Shown: positions 19,735 to 30,180, counted from the first letter of the stretch. The stretch is 64,000 nt of DNA from Phycisphaeraceae bacterium (GCA_963674705.1 OY771506.1:4928001-4992000); one strand, 5' to 3'. Numbers and translations are program-made. The notes: a model not told the origin generated them from the sequence alone.

Positions 19735-21231
19735 ATGGGTTTCATCCTCTCGCTGGATCAGGGCACGACCAGCTCACGTGCGATCGTGTTCGATGAGAAC
19801 GGATCGATGGTGTCGGTGGCGCAGCGCCCCTTCCGGCAGATCTTTCCTAAGCCCGGATGGGTGGAGCACGATGCGAACGAGATCTGGTCGAGCCAGGCGG
19901 GTGTGATCGCGGAGGTGCTTGCCCAGAAAGATGTACGTGCTGCGGATATCGCCTGCATCGGGATTACCAACCAGCGAGAAACGACCATCGTGTGGGACCA
20001 CAAGACAGGCAAGCCGATCTGCAACGCGATCGTCTGGCAGGATCGGCGTACCGCACCGCTTTGCGACAAGCTCAAAGCGGACGGACTGGCAGACACATTT
20101 CGTGATAAGACCGGGCTGGTGCTGGATGCGTACTTTTCCGGGACCAAGATCGCGTGGATGCTCGACAACATCCCTGATGCACGAAAACGGGCGGAAAAAG
20201 GTGAGTTGGCGTTTGGCACGGTCGATTCATGGCTCGTCTACAAACTCACGAACGGCAAGCTGCACATCACCGATGCTTCCAACGCTTCACGAACACTGCT
20301 TTTCAATATCCACACGGCTGAATGGGATGATGAGCTTCTGAAGATTCTGAAAATCCCGCGGTCGATGCTGCCTGAGGTCAGGCCCAGTTCACAGGTCTAT
20401 GGCGAGGTGACGACAGCGTCGGAAGTCAAAGGCTTGCCGATCGGTTCGGTCATCGGGGATCAGCAGGCTGCGACGATGGGCCAGGTCTGCACGGAGCCGG
20501 GCTTAGCCAAGAACACCTACGGCACGGGGTGTTTCCTCTTGATGAATACCGGGAGCGAACCAGTCACTTCAAAGAATCAGCTACTCACCACCGTCGCATG
20601 GCAGCGCGACAACCAGATGACCTACGCGCTGGAGGGTAGTGTGTTCGTCGGCGGCGCGATCGTTCAGTGGTTGCGTGACGGTCTGAAAACGATCCGCAAT
20701 TCATCGCAGATTGAGTCGCTGGCGGCGAGCGTGCCGGACAGCGACGGCGTGTTCTTTGTGCCTGCGTTAACCGGCTTAGGTGCACCGGATTGGGACCCGT
20801 ACGCACGGGGAGCGATCCTCGGCATCACACGCGGCACGACCGATGCGCACATCGCTCGGGCGGCGCTGGACGGGATTGCGTTCCAGGTGGCGGACCTTGT
20901 GTTTGCGATGGCATCCGATCGCGGGGGCGAGATCAAGGAGTTGCGCGTCGATGGCGGTGCAGCGGTGAATGACCTGTTGCTGCAGATGCAGGCAGATATC
21001 CTGCAGACGCCGGTCGTCCGCCCCACCGTTTTGGAAACGACGGCGTTAGGCGCTGCCTACTTGGCGGGACTGGCGACAGGTTTTTACAAATCGCTGGAGG
21101 ATGTGCGAAGCCACTGGCAGGCGGACCGGACATTTGAGCCGAGGATGTCAGCCGATCGTGCCGGGGCGTTGCATGCACGTTGGCGTAAAGCTGTCGAGCG
21201 TGCGCGTGGATGGGAAACCGTTGCCGAGTAA
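19735..21231 (+). CDS. glpK: Glycerol kinase
   Basis: [48 protein letters not shown]. Confidence 0.97.
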   Translation: MGFILSLDQGTTSSRAIVFDENGSMVSVAQRPFRQIFPKPGWVEHDANEIWSSQAGVIAEVLAQKDVRAADIACIGITNQRETTIVWDHKTGKPICNAIVWQDRRTAPLCDKLKADGLADTFRDKTGLVLDAYFSGTKIAWMLDNIPDARKRAEKGELAFGTVDSWLVYKLTNGKLHITDASNASRTLLFNIHTAEWDDELLKILKIPRSMLPEVRPSSQVYGEVTTASEVKGLPIGSVIGDQQAATMGQVCTEPGLAKNTYGTGCFLLMNTGSEPVTSKNQLLTTVAWQRDNQMTYALEGSVFVGGAIVQWLRDGLKTIRNSSQIESLAASVPDSDGVFFVPALTGLGAPDWDPYARGAILGITRGTTDAHIARAALDGIAFQVADLVFAMASDRGGEIKELRVDGGAAVNDLLLQMQADILQTPVVRPTVLETTALGAAYLAGLATGFYKSLEDVRSHWQADRTFEPRMSADRAGALHARWRKAVERARGWETVAE

Positions 21232-21269
21232 ACGGCACCGGCGACAGTCGCTTCAATCACATCAACGAT

Positions 21270-21932
21270 TCACCGACACGCCCAGTGCATACCGCGGCGG
21301 ACGATCTCGCGTGCGGTCGGTTCGTCGAAGTCTTTGTAGGTATGGCCCCAGCTTGCGCCGAAGACGCGGCCCTTGGCCCAGGTCTTGGTCCAGGCGTAGG
21401 GCATGACGGTGCCCTTCTTGTAGAGCGTCGCGTCACCGTACTCACCCGTGAACGTGGTGGTGCAGAGGATGTGGACCCCGGGATCGAAGTGGCAGTAGTA
21501 CTGCTCGGTTTTCTTCAGTTCGAAGGACGGCAGGCCGTGGGTGATTTCGTGGGCCTGGTCGACGATGTCGACGGCGTAGACGGCCTGGTCGTTGCCGGGG
21601 TGGCTGACCCATTGGGCGCCGGTCATCCACTGGTATTCGGTATTCATCCGGAAGCTGTCGACCATCCCGCCGTGGAACCCGGCGACGCCCGTACCGGCGC
21701 GGACGGCGGTGTCGAGGCCCTTCCACTGCTCGTTACTGATCTGGCCCATGGTCCAGATCGGCACGACCAAGTCGGTTTTCGCCAATAGATCGGCATCGAG
21801 GTAGCTATCGAGGGTGTCGCTGACGGTGACTTGCATACCGTCGGAGCGGAGGATGGAGGCGAAAAGCTCGGCGGATTCCTTGGGTGTGTGGCCGTCCCAG
21901 CCGCCTTGGACGATCAATACGTGCTTGGCCAT
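21270..21932 (-). CDS. ThuA-like domain protein
   Basis: GGWDGHTP, WTMG, GFHGGM.DSFR, WVSHPG, EQYY; ATG at 21932 after AGGAG. Confidence 0.82.
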   Translation of the reverse strand: MAKHVLIVQGGWDGHTPKESAELFASILRSDGMQVTVSDTLDSYLDADLLAKTDLVVPIWTMGQISNEQWKGLDTAVRAGTGVAGFHGGMVDSFRMNTEYQWMTGAQWVSHPGNDQAVYAVDIVDQAHEITHGLPSFELKKTEQYYCHFDPGVHILCTTTFTGEYGDATLYKKGTVMPYAWTKTWAKGRVFGASWGHTYKDFDEPTAREIVRRGMHWACR

Positions 21933-22169
21933 GGTTGGCTCCTGGGTTAGGGATCGTGGCGTGCCGATTGTAACGAACGCACGGCGGGGTGCTATCCGGG
22001 ACATCCGTGGGGCATCCGGGAGTGGCGTCCGAGGGTATCGGCTTGACCTTGCCGCTTGTGGCGTCGATACTTGTGGCCTGACTGGACATTCCCGAACCCA
22101 CCGCCCCACGGGTGTGCCCGGCCCTATCGTGGGCCCGTTGGGTTCACCCCGTGCCACGGAGATTCACGC

Positions 22170-23267
22170 ATGAAAACGACCCTGTTGGTTCGCTCGCTGC
22201 TAGGCCTGATGTTGTTGGTGGCTGCGGGTTGCGGCGATTGGTCACGCAGGAGCAGCCGCTCCGGCCTGCTGATCGAACCGGAGGACGCGGCCAAGCTCGG
22301 GTACGTCGTCACATGGTCCAACGACCTGGGTGTGCCCAACAATCACAACATCTCCTCCGCGACGATCCTCGGCGACACGCTATTCACGGTCGAAGCGCCT
22401 GACAACATGGTCACGGCCATCTCGATCCGGAATGGTGATGTGCTCTGGCGTCGTGTGATCGGTGAGAATACCGAAAGCATCTATAAACCGATCCGGGATG
22501 AAGAGCATGTCTACTTCAACAACGACACGACCCTCTTCACCCTCGGTGCGATCAACGGCAAACTGATGGCAACATCACAACTGGCGCACGTGGTCGAAAC
22601 CGGCCCGGTGATGATGGACCGGTACGCGATCTATGGTGCAGCCAACGGCACGGTCTTCGCACACGATATCGATACCGGTTACGCCAAGTGGGCGTACATG
22701 CTGACCGGCGGGATTGTCGTGCCACCGGTTGAATCGGAACGTTACGTGTTCACCGCTGACAGCAAGGGCATCTATGCCTCACTGGAAGCCATCTCCGGCG
22801 AACTGATCTTCCGCGGCAGGGCATTTGGCCCGATCACCGCAAAGCCGGCTGTATCACGTAATGCGGTGTATGTTGCCTCGCAGGATCAGACGCTCTACGC
22901 GGTCAACCGCCTCAACGGCCGGGATATGTGGGTCTATCGCTATACCAAGCCACTGACACTGGACCCCGCGACCTTCGGCCAGGTTGTTTATCTGCCGCTG
23001 CCCGGTGATGGGCTGATCGCTCTGGATGCGAATACCGGCGATGAAATGTGGCGCACACCGTTGCAGGGGAAGGTGGTCGGTCATAGCCAGAACAAGGTGA
23101 TGCTGCATCATCCCGACGGCATCCAGTGGGTGGATGAAGGTACGGGCCGGGTGCTCGTCGATGTCGAAACGATGCCGTTGCAAGAAGTCATCCCCGTGAC
23201 GGACAACGGCGGCCTGGTGATCATTTCGCCATCCGGGCGTATCCACCGCCTGCTGCCCAAGCGTTAA
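22170..23267 (+). CDS. PQQ-like beta-propeller lipoprotein (BamB-like)
   Basis: Lipobox AAGC; repeated A.D..TG...W blades; ATG at 22170. Confidence 0.8.
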   Translation: MKTTLLVRSLLGLMLLVAAGCGDWSRRSSRSGLLIEPEDAAKLGYVVTWSNDLGVPNNHNISSATILGDTLFTVEAPDNMVTAISIRNGDVLWRRVIGENTESIYKPIRDEEHVYFNNDTTLFTLGAINGKLMATSQLAHVVETGPVMMDRYAIYGAANGTVFAHDIDTGYAKWAYMLTGGIVVPPVESERYVFTADSKGIYASLEAISGELIFRGRAFGPITAKPAVSRNAVYVASQDQTLYAVNRLNGRDMWVYRYTKPLTLDPATFGQVVYLPLPGDGLIALDANTGDEMWRTPLQGKVVGHSQNKVMLHHPDGIQWVDEGTGRVLVDVETMPLQEVIPVTDNGGLVIISPSGRIHRLLPKR

Positions 23268-23325
23268 CAAGCGACAAGCCAACCTAACACGTACGTACAA
23301 CGCCAACCTTATCAAAGCTCTAACT

Positions 23326-23925
23326 ATGCCAGACCTGGTCAAGATCAAAACAGCACTGGTTTCGGTCAGTGACAAGACCGACCTGATCCCCTTCGCCCGT
23401 AAGCTCGTGCATTACGGCGCTACGATCATCTCCACCGGCGGGACCGCCAAGGCGCTTAGCGAAGCGGGCATCGACGTGACGCCGATCAATGAAGTCACAG
23501 GCTTCCCGGAGATGATGGACGGGCGGGTCAAAACGCTGCACCCGAAGGTGCACGGCGGGCTGCTGTCGCTGCGTGATAAACCCGAACACGCCAAAGCCAT
23601 GACCGACCACGGCATCACCGCGATCGACCTGGTCTGTGTGAATCTGTATCCGTTCGAAAAGACCGTCGCCCAGGAAGGCGTAACCGATGACGAAGCGATC
23701 GAACAGATCGACATCGGCGGCCCATCCATGATCCGTAGCGCCTCTAAGAACCACCGCTACGTCACCTGCGTCACCGACCCCAAGCAATACGACCAGGTCG
23801 GCAACGACATCGACGGCAACGATGGCGCGACCACGTTCACCCTACGCCGTCGGCTTGCGACCGCCGCGTTCAAGCGTACCAGTGAGTATGACAAGGCGAT
23901 CACGGAGTGGATGGCGAATCGGTGA
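23326..23925 (+). CDS. purH: Stand-alone IMP cyclohydrolase (PurH N-terminal MGS-like domain only)
   Basis: ALVSVSDK, ISTGGT, GRVKTLHP, VNLYPF, IDIGGPSM.R; stops at 199 aa. Confidence 0.9.
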   Translation: MPDLVKIKTALVSVSDKTDLIPFARKLVHYGATIISTGGTAKALSEAGIDVTPINEVTGFPEMMDGRVKTLHPKVHGGLLSLRDKPEHAKAMTDHGITAIDLVCVNLYPFEKTVAQEGVTDDEAIEQIDIGGPSMIRSASKNHRYVTCVTDPKQYDQVGNDIDGNDGATTFTLRRRLATAAFKRTSEYDKAITEWMANR

Positions 23926-23953
23926 GATTGGGGATTGGGGATTGGGGATTGGG
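23926..23953 (+). repeat. (GATTGGG)x4 heptamer tract
   Basis: Four perfect copies starting at the base after the purH TGA. Confidence 0.95.
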
Positions 23954-24120
23954 AAATTCTATTTTGTGCGATAGCACACCAACGCCGGTCCTGAGCGCAG
24001 CGAAGGGGCGGGTATCCGTATATTCGTTTCACACCTCAATATCACGACGGCGGTCTCCAAATCCGTGCCCGTTAACTTCTTGTGGGTGTAATTAACAGCC
24101 CGGCAGGTGGTGCACTTATG

Positions 24121-25152
24121 CTATTCGCGTATCGGTTTGAGGTAGTATGGGTCAACATCGTATGCAAGGGCACCCGGGCGAGAGTAATTACTGCACTCTG
24201 ATATAATTGAAATATCAATTGGGCCAATCTCATCGTACTCGTCCCCGACTAGATGGGCGATAGGTATACCCAAACTGTCCAATGTAATCGGGCCCCCGTG
24301 GTATGAGCGTGTTTCTTCGTATCGCAGCTGCGTACCGACTTCGAGTAATGCTACGACCTTGCGCCACTTCCAAGCTTTCGAGCCAACCCGGCGGTATTCC
24401 TCAAGCATGGCTGGATCTGCAACGGCACTGGTTAAGGGGTGCCGATAATCAATGATGTATTCGATCCCGAAAGGTGTCTTCTTGCGAAGTACAACTGCAC
24501 GCCTGTTTTGCAACTCATAGATTTGCCCCGGAACATAGTCGGTACACCAGTTCACGGGCTCGTCATCCGCGGGAGTTATGCGAATTCGTGATCCCGGCGG
24601 CACTTCATCCAAGGGTTTGAGATACTCGGGATCAACATCTTGCGCATTGGTGGGGTGGCTAGATCTTGGCTTAGAAAGCCTGATCATGCATATCGGCCCC
24701 ACATCATTAAATTCGTCAGAAACAAATCGACCGACCGGAACGCCCATAGAGCCGAACACGACCCCGCCGTCGTATTTACGGGTTTCCTCATATCGTATGA
24801 GCGTACCGGGCTTCAGAATGGCTATTGTTTTGGGCCATGCCTTGGGACCCTTTCGGAGGTATTCATCCAGGTATTGGGGGGCACCATAATGTGAATTAGA
24901 ATAATCTCCTATCCTGACGATGTTGTAGTCGGCTACATATGCTCTGTCCCGTACTAAGATCATTGACTTCTGAAGTTCATAGACTTGCCCGGGGATAAAG
25001 TCTGTCACCCAGTGAATCGGTTTTGATGGTACTGCCTTGTCACGTGTATTCGAATATCGGGGTGGTGGCACCCACATGCACCCCGCACCCGATGCAACAA
25101 GAGCAAAAAACATGAGGCACAAAAGTAGCTTATGCATGGTGTTCGATTCCAA
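24121..25152 (-). CDS. Hypothetical lipoprotein with two tandem homologous domains
   Basis: Lipobox GAGC; repeats PIHWVTDFIPGQVYELQ/PVNWCTDYVPGQIYELQ and DVDPEYLKP/DVDPYYLKP; visibly lower GC; start could be Met6. Confidence 0.75.
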   Translation of the reverse strand: MESNTMHKLLLCLMFFALVASGAGCMWVPPPRYSNTRDKAVPSKPIHWVTDFIPGQVYELQKSMILVRDRAYVADYNIVRIGDYSNSHYGAPQYLDEYLRKGPKAWPKTIAILKPGTLIRYEETRKYDGGVVFGSMGVPVGRFVSDEFNDVGPICMIRLSKPRSSHPTNAQDVDPEYLKPLDEVPPGSRIRITPADDEPVNWCTDYVPGQIYELQNRRAVVLRKKTPFGIEYIIDYRHPLTSAVADPAMLEEYRRVGSKAWKWRKVVALLEVGTQLRYEETRSYHGGPITLDSLGIPIAHLVGDEYDEIGPIDISIISECSNYSRPGALAYDVDPYYLKPIRE

Positions 25153-25197
25153 TAAGAGAGAAAGGCATATAAATGCTCGTAACCTCTGTGGCCGATC

Positions 25198-26073
25198 TCA
25201 CCCCCCCAATATACGCATAATCTGCTGATTAAAGTCTTTCGCCGCAGCCGCGACAGCGGTTTTCCAGTCTGTTCCTGACATCTTCTCGTGCGCGTAGATC
25301 ACCGATCGACTCGCGGTGATGATCGCGCCGGTGCCGTCGGATTTGAAGCTGGCTTTGACATCTTCAGCGCCGCCGCCTTGGGCGCCGAAGCCGGGGACGA
25401 GGAAGAGTTGTTGGGGCATGCGCTGGCGTAGTGTGGCCGCGTCTTGCGGTTTGGTTGCGCCGACGACTGCGCCGAGGAGGCTGTAGCCGGAGGCGCCGAC
25501 GTAGCCGGGCTTGCATTTGCCTAGTTCAGCAACGATCCCTGCGACGGCGTCGCTGACGGTGCGTTTATCGGAGAGAAGTAGCGACTGCAGCGCATCGCCG
25601 CCGGGGTTGCTGGTGCGGACCAGGGCGAACAGACCCGTGCCGGTGGAGGCAGCGGCGTCGGCGAAGGGTTCGAGGCCGTCCGCGCCGAGGTAAGCGTTGA
25701 CGGTCAAGGCGTCGGCGGCGTGGTCGCCTGCAAGTAAGCCGGCCGCATAGTGGGCGGAGCTTAGACCGATGTCACCGCGTTTGGCATCCGCGATCACAAT
25801 CAGACCGAGTGACTTGGCGTGATCGACGACGCGTTCGTAGACCGCATACCCTGTCGAACCATAACGCTCGAAGCAGGCAAGTTGCGGCTTAACCGCGGGA
25901 ACGTAGTCGGCGACTGCATCGACGAGGTCTTTGCACCACGATTCAATGCGATGGACCGGATCACTGCCGGCCACCGCGTCGGGCAGGCGTTCGATGACCG
26001 GGTCCAAGCCGACACAAACGGGCGCGCCCTTCACTTCGGCTGCTTTCAAAAAACGATCGGCAAAGTGTTCGAT
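25198..26073 (-). CDS. pyrF: Orotidine-5'-phosphate decarboxylase (probable ATC start)
   Basis: CVGLDP, VKPQ.A.FE, DAKRGDIG, VRTSNPG, GAVVGAT, LVPGFGAQGG, SRSVIYA; AAGGAGG 7 nt before ATC. Confidence 0.92.
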   Translation of the reverse strand: MEHFADRFLKAAEVKGAPVCVGLDPVIERLPDAVAGSDPVHRIESWCKDLVDAVADYVPAVKPQLACFERYGSTGYAVYERVVDHAKSLGLIVIADAKRGDIGLSSAHYAAGLLAGDHAADALTVNAYLGADGLEPFADAAASTGTGLFALVRTSNPGGDALQSLLLSDKRTVSDAVAGIVAELGKCKPGYVGASGYSLLGAVVGATKPQDAATLRQRMPQQLFLVPGFGAQGGGAEDVKASFKSDGTGAIITASRSVIYAHEKMSGTDWKTAVAAAAKDFNQQIMRILGG

Positions 26074-26112
26074 GGCTAAGCCTCCTTTCGGCAGGCGGGA
26101 TTGTAAAAGAAA

Positions 26113-26265
26113 AGCCACAAAAAGGCACAAAAGGGCTAGGTAAATCAGACCGTAGAATTCATGTTTTTCTCTTACATTTCCCGGCTATGGAGGTACAGAT
26201 GAATACTGAAGTCCGGAAGCCTGATTGAACCAGCCATTTTGTGTGTTCTGTGCCTTTTCGTGGCT
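26113..26265. repeat. Inverted 10-nt-period arm element
   Basis: AGCCACAAAAAGGCACAAAA (26113-26132) vs reverse complement of 26246-26265: 18/20; AT-rich interior. Confidence 0.8.
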
Positions 26266-26281
26266 AATCCTCTTCGCAGAA

Positions 26282-27310
26282 TCACGCGTCGCCTTTACCC
26301 AACTGCGGGTGGAGCATCCACAAGAACACCGGGCCGCCGACGATGGCGGTGAAGATGCCGATGGGCATCAGGCCGATGCCTTGCCAGAGGTTGAGCGCGG
26401 CGCTGGCGGTGTCGGCGGTGATGACCAGAGCGCCGCCCAGCATGGCCGAGCCGATCAACAATGGCCCGTGGCGAGGTCCGACGGCCAGGCGGGCGATGTG
26501 CGGGCAGATCAGGCCGACGAAAGCGATTGGGCCCGCCAGCACAACCGCGCCGGCTGCGAGTAAACCCGACGTTGCGAACAACATCATGCGCAGGCGTGGC
26601 AGATTCACACCAAGGCTCATCGCCTCTGAATCCGAGCTGGAAGCCACATCCATCGCGCGGGACTGCATGAGCAGCATGGCCCAACCGGCAGCCGTGACGG
26701 CCGCGACACTCCATGTCACGCGCACATCGATGCCTGCATCGAGATTGCCCATCATCCAGCGTGCGATGTTGTCGCGGATGCCGCCGGGGCCGACCAGGTA
26801 ATTCATCATCAGGATCAGCGCGCCGCAGATGGTGGATAGCACGACGCCGGTCAGAAGCAGGCCAAGTGGGTCGATGACGCCCTTGCGTCGCCCTGCTAAA
26901 AACACGATCAACATCGTCAGCATCGCCCCGATCACCGCCCCGCCGGCGTTGGTGCCGACCGCGACTTTGCCCGTGATCAGGAAGAACAGGTACGACTGGA
27001 CCATGATCCCCGCGCCGGCGCCGGTCGACAGCCCGAGGATGTAGGGTTCGGCGAGCGGATTGCGCAACAGCGACTGAAGCGATACACCACTGACGGATAG
27101 CGCGACCCCGACGATCAGGCCCAGCAGCATGCGTCCGATGCGGTCGCTGCTGATGAATGAGGCGTTCTCACCGGTGGGCCAGCCCAGCGATGCCGAACCT
27201 ATCAGCAGGCGTGCAGCGATCGCAGCCAGCAAAATCAGGCCGATCACGATCAGCGCGATGGTGATCCGCTTAGACTGATTGGATGGTGCAGGGGAGGCCG
27301 GCTGATTCAT
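26282..27310 (-). CDS. FecCD/BtuC-family ABC transporter permease
   Basis: LQSLLRNPLAEPYILG, A.SLGVN, GPIAFVGLICPHIAR, PIGIFTAIVGGPVF. Confidence 0.93.
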   Translation of the reverse strand: MNQPASPAPSNQSKRITIALIVIGLILLAAIAARLLIGSASLGWPTGENASFISSDRIGRMLLGLIVGVALSVSGVSLQSLLRNPLAEPYILGLSTGAGAGIMVQSYLFFLITGKVAVGTNAGGAVIGAMLTMLIVFLAGRRKGVIDPLGLLLTGVVLSTICGALILMMNYLVGPGGIRDNIARWMMGNLDAGIDVRVTWSVAAVTAAGWAMLLMQSRAMDVASSSDSEAMSLGVNLPRLRMMLFATSGLLAAGAVVLAGPIAFVGLICPHIARLAVGPRHGPLLIGSAMLGGALVITADTASAALNLWQGIGLMPIGIFTAIVGGPVFLWMLHPQLGKGDA

Positions 27311-28269
27311 GGCAATGGCGCGTCCTGCTCAGCCATAACTTGATCGATTTCTTTGCTGAGATTCGGGTGGATCGCCTTGGCCATATCCGCACATACCGAG
27401 CCGATTGACGTACTGGGCAGCAGGACAAGCGGACCGTTGAGGACATAGACACGGTTGTTTTCGATCGCTGGAATCGGCAGACCTTCAAACGCGGCGAGTC
27501 TGGCATCACCCTCGGCCAGATCAGGGCTGTTGGGATCGAGCAGGAGGATGACCTGCGGCGCAAGTGCAATCAATGCTTCACGGTCATATTCCGGCGCGGT
27601 GACGGTGGCGTCGGCGGCTGCATTGAATCCGCCTGCAAAACCAAGCAGCTCGTCATGCACGGTATCGGGTCCCGAAGCCATCACCGGATCGGTCCCGAGT
27701 ACGAGCAAAACACTTGGAGCATCCTCAGCCGCGGTAAGACTGCTTATTGCAGCCAATTGGCGCAGCAACCGCATCTTCAACTGCATGGCTTTTTCGTTGA
27801 TCCCCAGGCTGGTTGCCAGGCTCGGGCTAGCATCCGGTGATTGATCGTAGAGGGTCTTCTGGATGTCCTGAATACTTAGCGGAAACGGGAAGGTATACAG
27901 ATCAAACTGGCCTAACTCGGCCAATCGTTTAACACTGGCCGGCGGCCCATCCGGCCCGGTCATCATCAGGACATGCGTTGGTTGCGTGGACAGCAGCAGC
28001 TCGGTGTTAACCGCGTTGTAGTTGCCGACAACAGGCAAGCCCTTGGGGGCCGCGAAGTCATGTTCAGCTACGCCGACGATTGAATCACCCAGCCCCAGGT
28101 CCACGAGCATCTGGCTTAATGCCGGGGCTATCGTGACGATGCGCGGGCCTTGCGGCTGCGTTGACTGTTCGGAATCGGGCAACGGCGCTGACTCTTCGCC
28201 ACAACCAGCCACGCATAGCACGGCAAGGATCAGGCTGAAAACGGCTGCAATACGCTGTAGCTTAGGCAT
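27307..28269 (-). CDS. BtuF-like iron/cobalamin ABC substrate-binding lipoprotein
   Basis: Lipobox VAGC; RIVTIAPA, IVGV, IPAIENNRVY; overlaps permease start. Confidence 0.85.
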   Translation of the reverse strand: MPKLQRIAAVFSLILAVLCVAGCGEESAPLPDSEQSTQPQGPRIVTIAPALSQMLVDLGLGDSIVGVAEHDFAAPKGLPVVGNYNAVNTELLLSTQPTHVLMMTGPDGPPASVKRLAELGQFDLYTFPFPLSIQDIQKTLYDQSPDASPSLATSLGINEKAMQLKMRLLRQLAAISSLTAAEDAPSVLLVLGTDPVMASGPDTVHDELLGFAGGFNAAADATVTAPEYDREALIALAPQVILLLDPNSPDLAEGDARLAAFEGLPIPAIENNRVYVLNGPLVLLPSTSIGSVCADMAKAIHPNLSKEIDQVMAEQDAPLP

Positions 28270-28332
28270 GGGGACATACTAAGACGATGCCGGAACGGGT
28301 GTCAATGAAAGCGGCGCAACGAGCCTCTGAAG

Positions 28333-29655
28333 TCATTCGGCTTCGGGCTCGATCTTCTCATGCGCAGGCGGCGGCAGTTCATCCGGATCGGGCTCGGTGT
28401 ACACCTCGTCGAATTCAACAAGGTCGGCCGATCGACGCAGCAACAGGTAGATCCAGACGTGTGCATTGAAGTAATAGCTGATGGCAAAGGCAGGCAATAT
28501 CGCAATCAACAGGCGGTTCCAGACCATGACGATCGCGGCGGTGATGGTTTCCGTACGGTTGAGTTGATCCCAGTCGGATTCAGCAAGTAACTCACCCCAC
28601 GCGGGGTCGGGCATGACGGCATCGAGCCGGGTGGAGCCATCCGCCGCTTCGAGCACGCCCATGGACAGGCAACTGCGTGTCATCCAGATGGTGCTGAAAA
28701 CGATCAGGCCAATCATCAGGTAAGTCAGCGCTCCGTAAACGATCATCGTGGCGGTGTAGAACAAGTACCGCCAGAAACGTCCGAGCACGTAGTTGAATGC
28801 TCTTCCCAGCACTTCGAAGGCGTCGGTGGCTTCAACGGAGATCGCCGGGATCAGGATATGCATCCCCAACGCCAGTCCGATCAGGAAGATCGCGGCAAAG
28901 AATCCCAGGATCAGGAACAAGCCGTAAAGCACCCCGCCCAGAATATTGAGTACCGGCAGGTTGAAGAAGATGAGCCCCGCCAATGCGAGTACGAGCTTGA
29001 TAATCACAACGATCCCCAGCGGGATCAACCACACGAGCATGGCCTGCACCCAGTGGGATAATGCGAATCGCAGTCCGACGAAGGCTGAGATGTGCTCGGA
29101 CCGGCATGCATCCAGCGCGGCAAGGCGGCTGATAGCGGTACCGATGAGGGTCGTGAGCGCAAAGGCGTACAGCAGGTAGACGATCAGGAATCCGGGATGC
29201 GTTGCGTACAGCCAACCGGGGATCTTCACGGCCATGTCGGCCAGTGCGCCGATGACGCCGCCGCTATCGGCGCCCATGCCCGCTGCCAGGTCTGAAAGGC
29301 CGAAGTCAAGGTTGGTCGCGGAGACGATCAGCCGTTCAAACGCGGCGACCTGCTGCTTGACCAGGGTTTCAAAGATGTAGTCGGTCCTGCCATCGGTGCC
29401 GACCTGCTGGAGCCATTCGGCGTAGCGCTGCGCGTCGTAGCGTTCGTAGGCCTGCAGTTCGTGCGGGTTGACCGCTTTCTGCCAGGCGAAGTCCATGGCC
29501 GTACCGCCAAGATACAACAGCAATACAAGCAGCAGTGACAGCAAGAGCCTGTGCGGCCACAAGGCCATGCTGAAAGCTCGGAAAATTCTGAGAAACGGTA
29601 GTGTCTCTCGCCAGTCGATCCCGTCCAGCACGACCCGCTGATGGTGCTCAGGCAT
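28333..29655 (-). CDS. Hypothetical multi-pass membrane protein
   Basis: 440-aa ORF with about 6-7 hydrophobic helices, co-oriented with rpiB. Confidence 0.75.
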   Translation of the reverse strand: MPEHHQRVVLDGIDWRETLPFLRIFRAFSMALWPHRLLLSLLLVLLLYLGGTAMDFAWQKAVNPHELQAYERYDAQRYAEWLQQVGTDGRTDYIFETLVKQQVAAFERLIVSATNLDFGLSDLAAGMGADSGGVIGALADMAVKIPGWLYATHPGFLIVYLLYAFALTTLIGTAISRLAALDACRSEHISAFVGLRFALSHWVQAMLVWLIPLGIVVIIKLVLALAGLIFFNLPVLNILGGVLYGLFLILGFFAAIFLIGLALGMHILIPAISVEATDAFEVLGRAFNYVLGRFWRYLFYTATMIVYGALTYLMIGLIVFSTIWMTRSCLSMGVLEAADGSTRLDAVMPDPAWGELLAESDWDQLNRTETITAAIVMVWNRLLIAILPAFAISYYFNAHVWIYLLLRRSADLVEFDEVYTEPDPDELPPPAHEKIEPEAE

Positions 29656-29691
29656 GTCAGCTCCGTGGTAGTTGCCTGTCGTGGAAGATGT

Positions 29692-30180
29692 TTATTCGCC
29701 GACGGCGGCGGCCCGGTCCAACTTAAGCGTGGACGGGTCCATCCCGGCTTCGATAGCCTTGATCTTCTGTACGCGGCGCTCGTGGCGTCCGCCTTCAAAC
29801 TCGGTGCGCAGCCAAGTCAGGATGATCTGCTCGACCACCCTTGCACCGATCATGTCAGCGGGGATGCAGATGACGTTGGCATCATTGTGCCGACGTGAAA
29901 CCTCGGCACCGATTTCATCGTGAACCAGTGCCGCACGGATGCCTTTCACCTTGTTCGCAGCGATCGACATGCCGATACCGGAGCCGCAGACGAGAACGCC
30001 CATGTCGGCCTTGCCTGTCGCGACCGCGTGGGCAACGGGGTAAGCCATGTCCGGGTAATCGCATGAACGATCGTGGCAGACCCCAAGCGGCAACGGGATG
30101 TGCCGGTTGGCTGTCAGCGTTTCGGAAATACTTCGAAGCGCGTCGGCTCCTCGGTGGTCTGCTCCTATTGCGATTTTCAT
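29692..30180 (-). CDS. rpiB: Ribose-5-phosphate isomerase B
   Basis: IGADHRG, DYPD, CGSGIGMSIAANK, HNDANV, FEGGRH. Confidence 0.96.
   Translation of the reverse strand: MKIAIGADHRGADALRSISETLTANRHIPLPLGVCHDRSCDYPDMAYPVAHAVATGKADMGVLVCGSGIGMSIAANKVKGIRAALVHDEIGAEVSRRHNDANVICIPADMIGARVVEQIILTWLRTEFEGGRHERRVQKIKAIEAGMDPSTLKLDRAAAVGE

Noticed and set aside
23988..24006. GTCCTGAGCGCAGCGAAGG, reminiscent of a dispersed palindromic repeat class
   Set aside because: Single copy in the window with no partner, so it cannot be supported as a feature.
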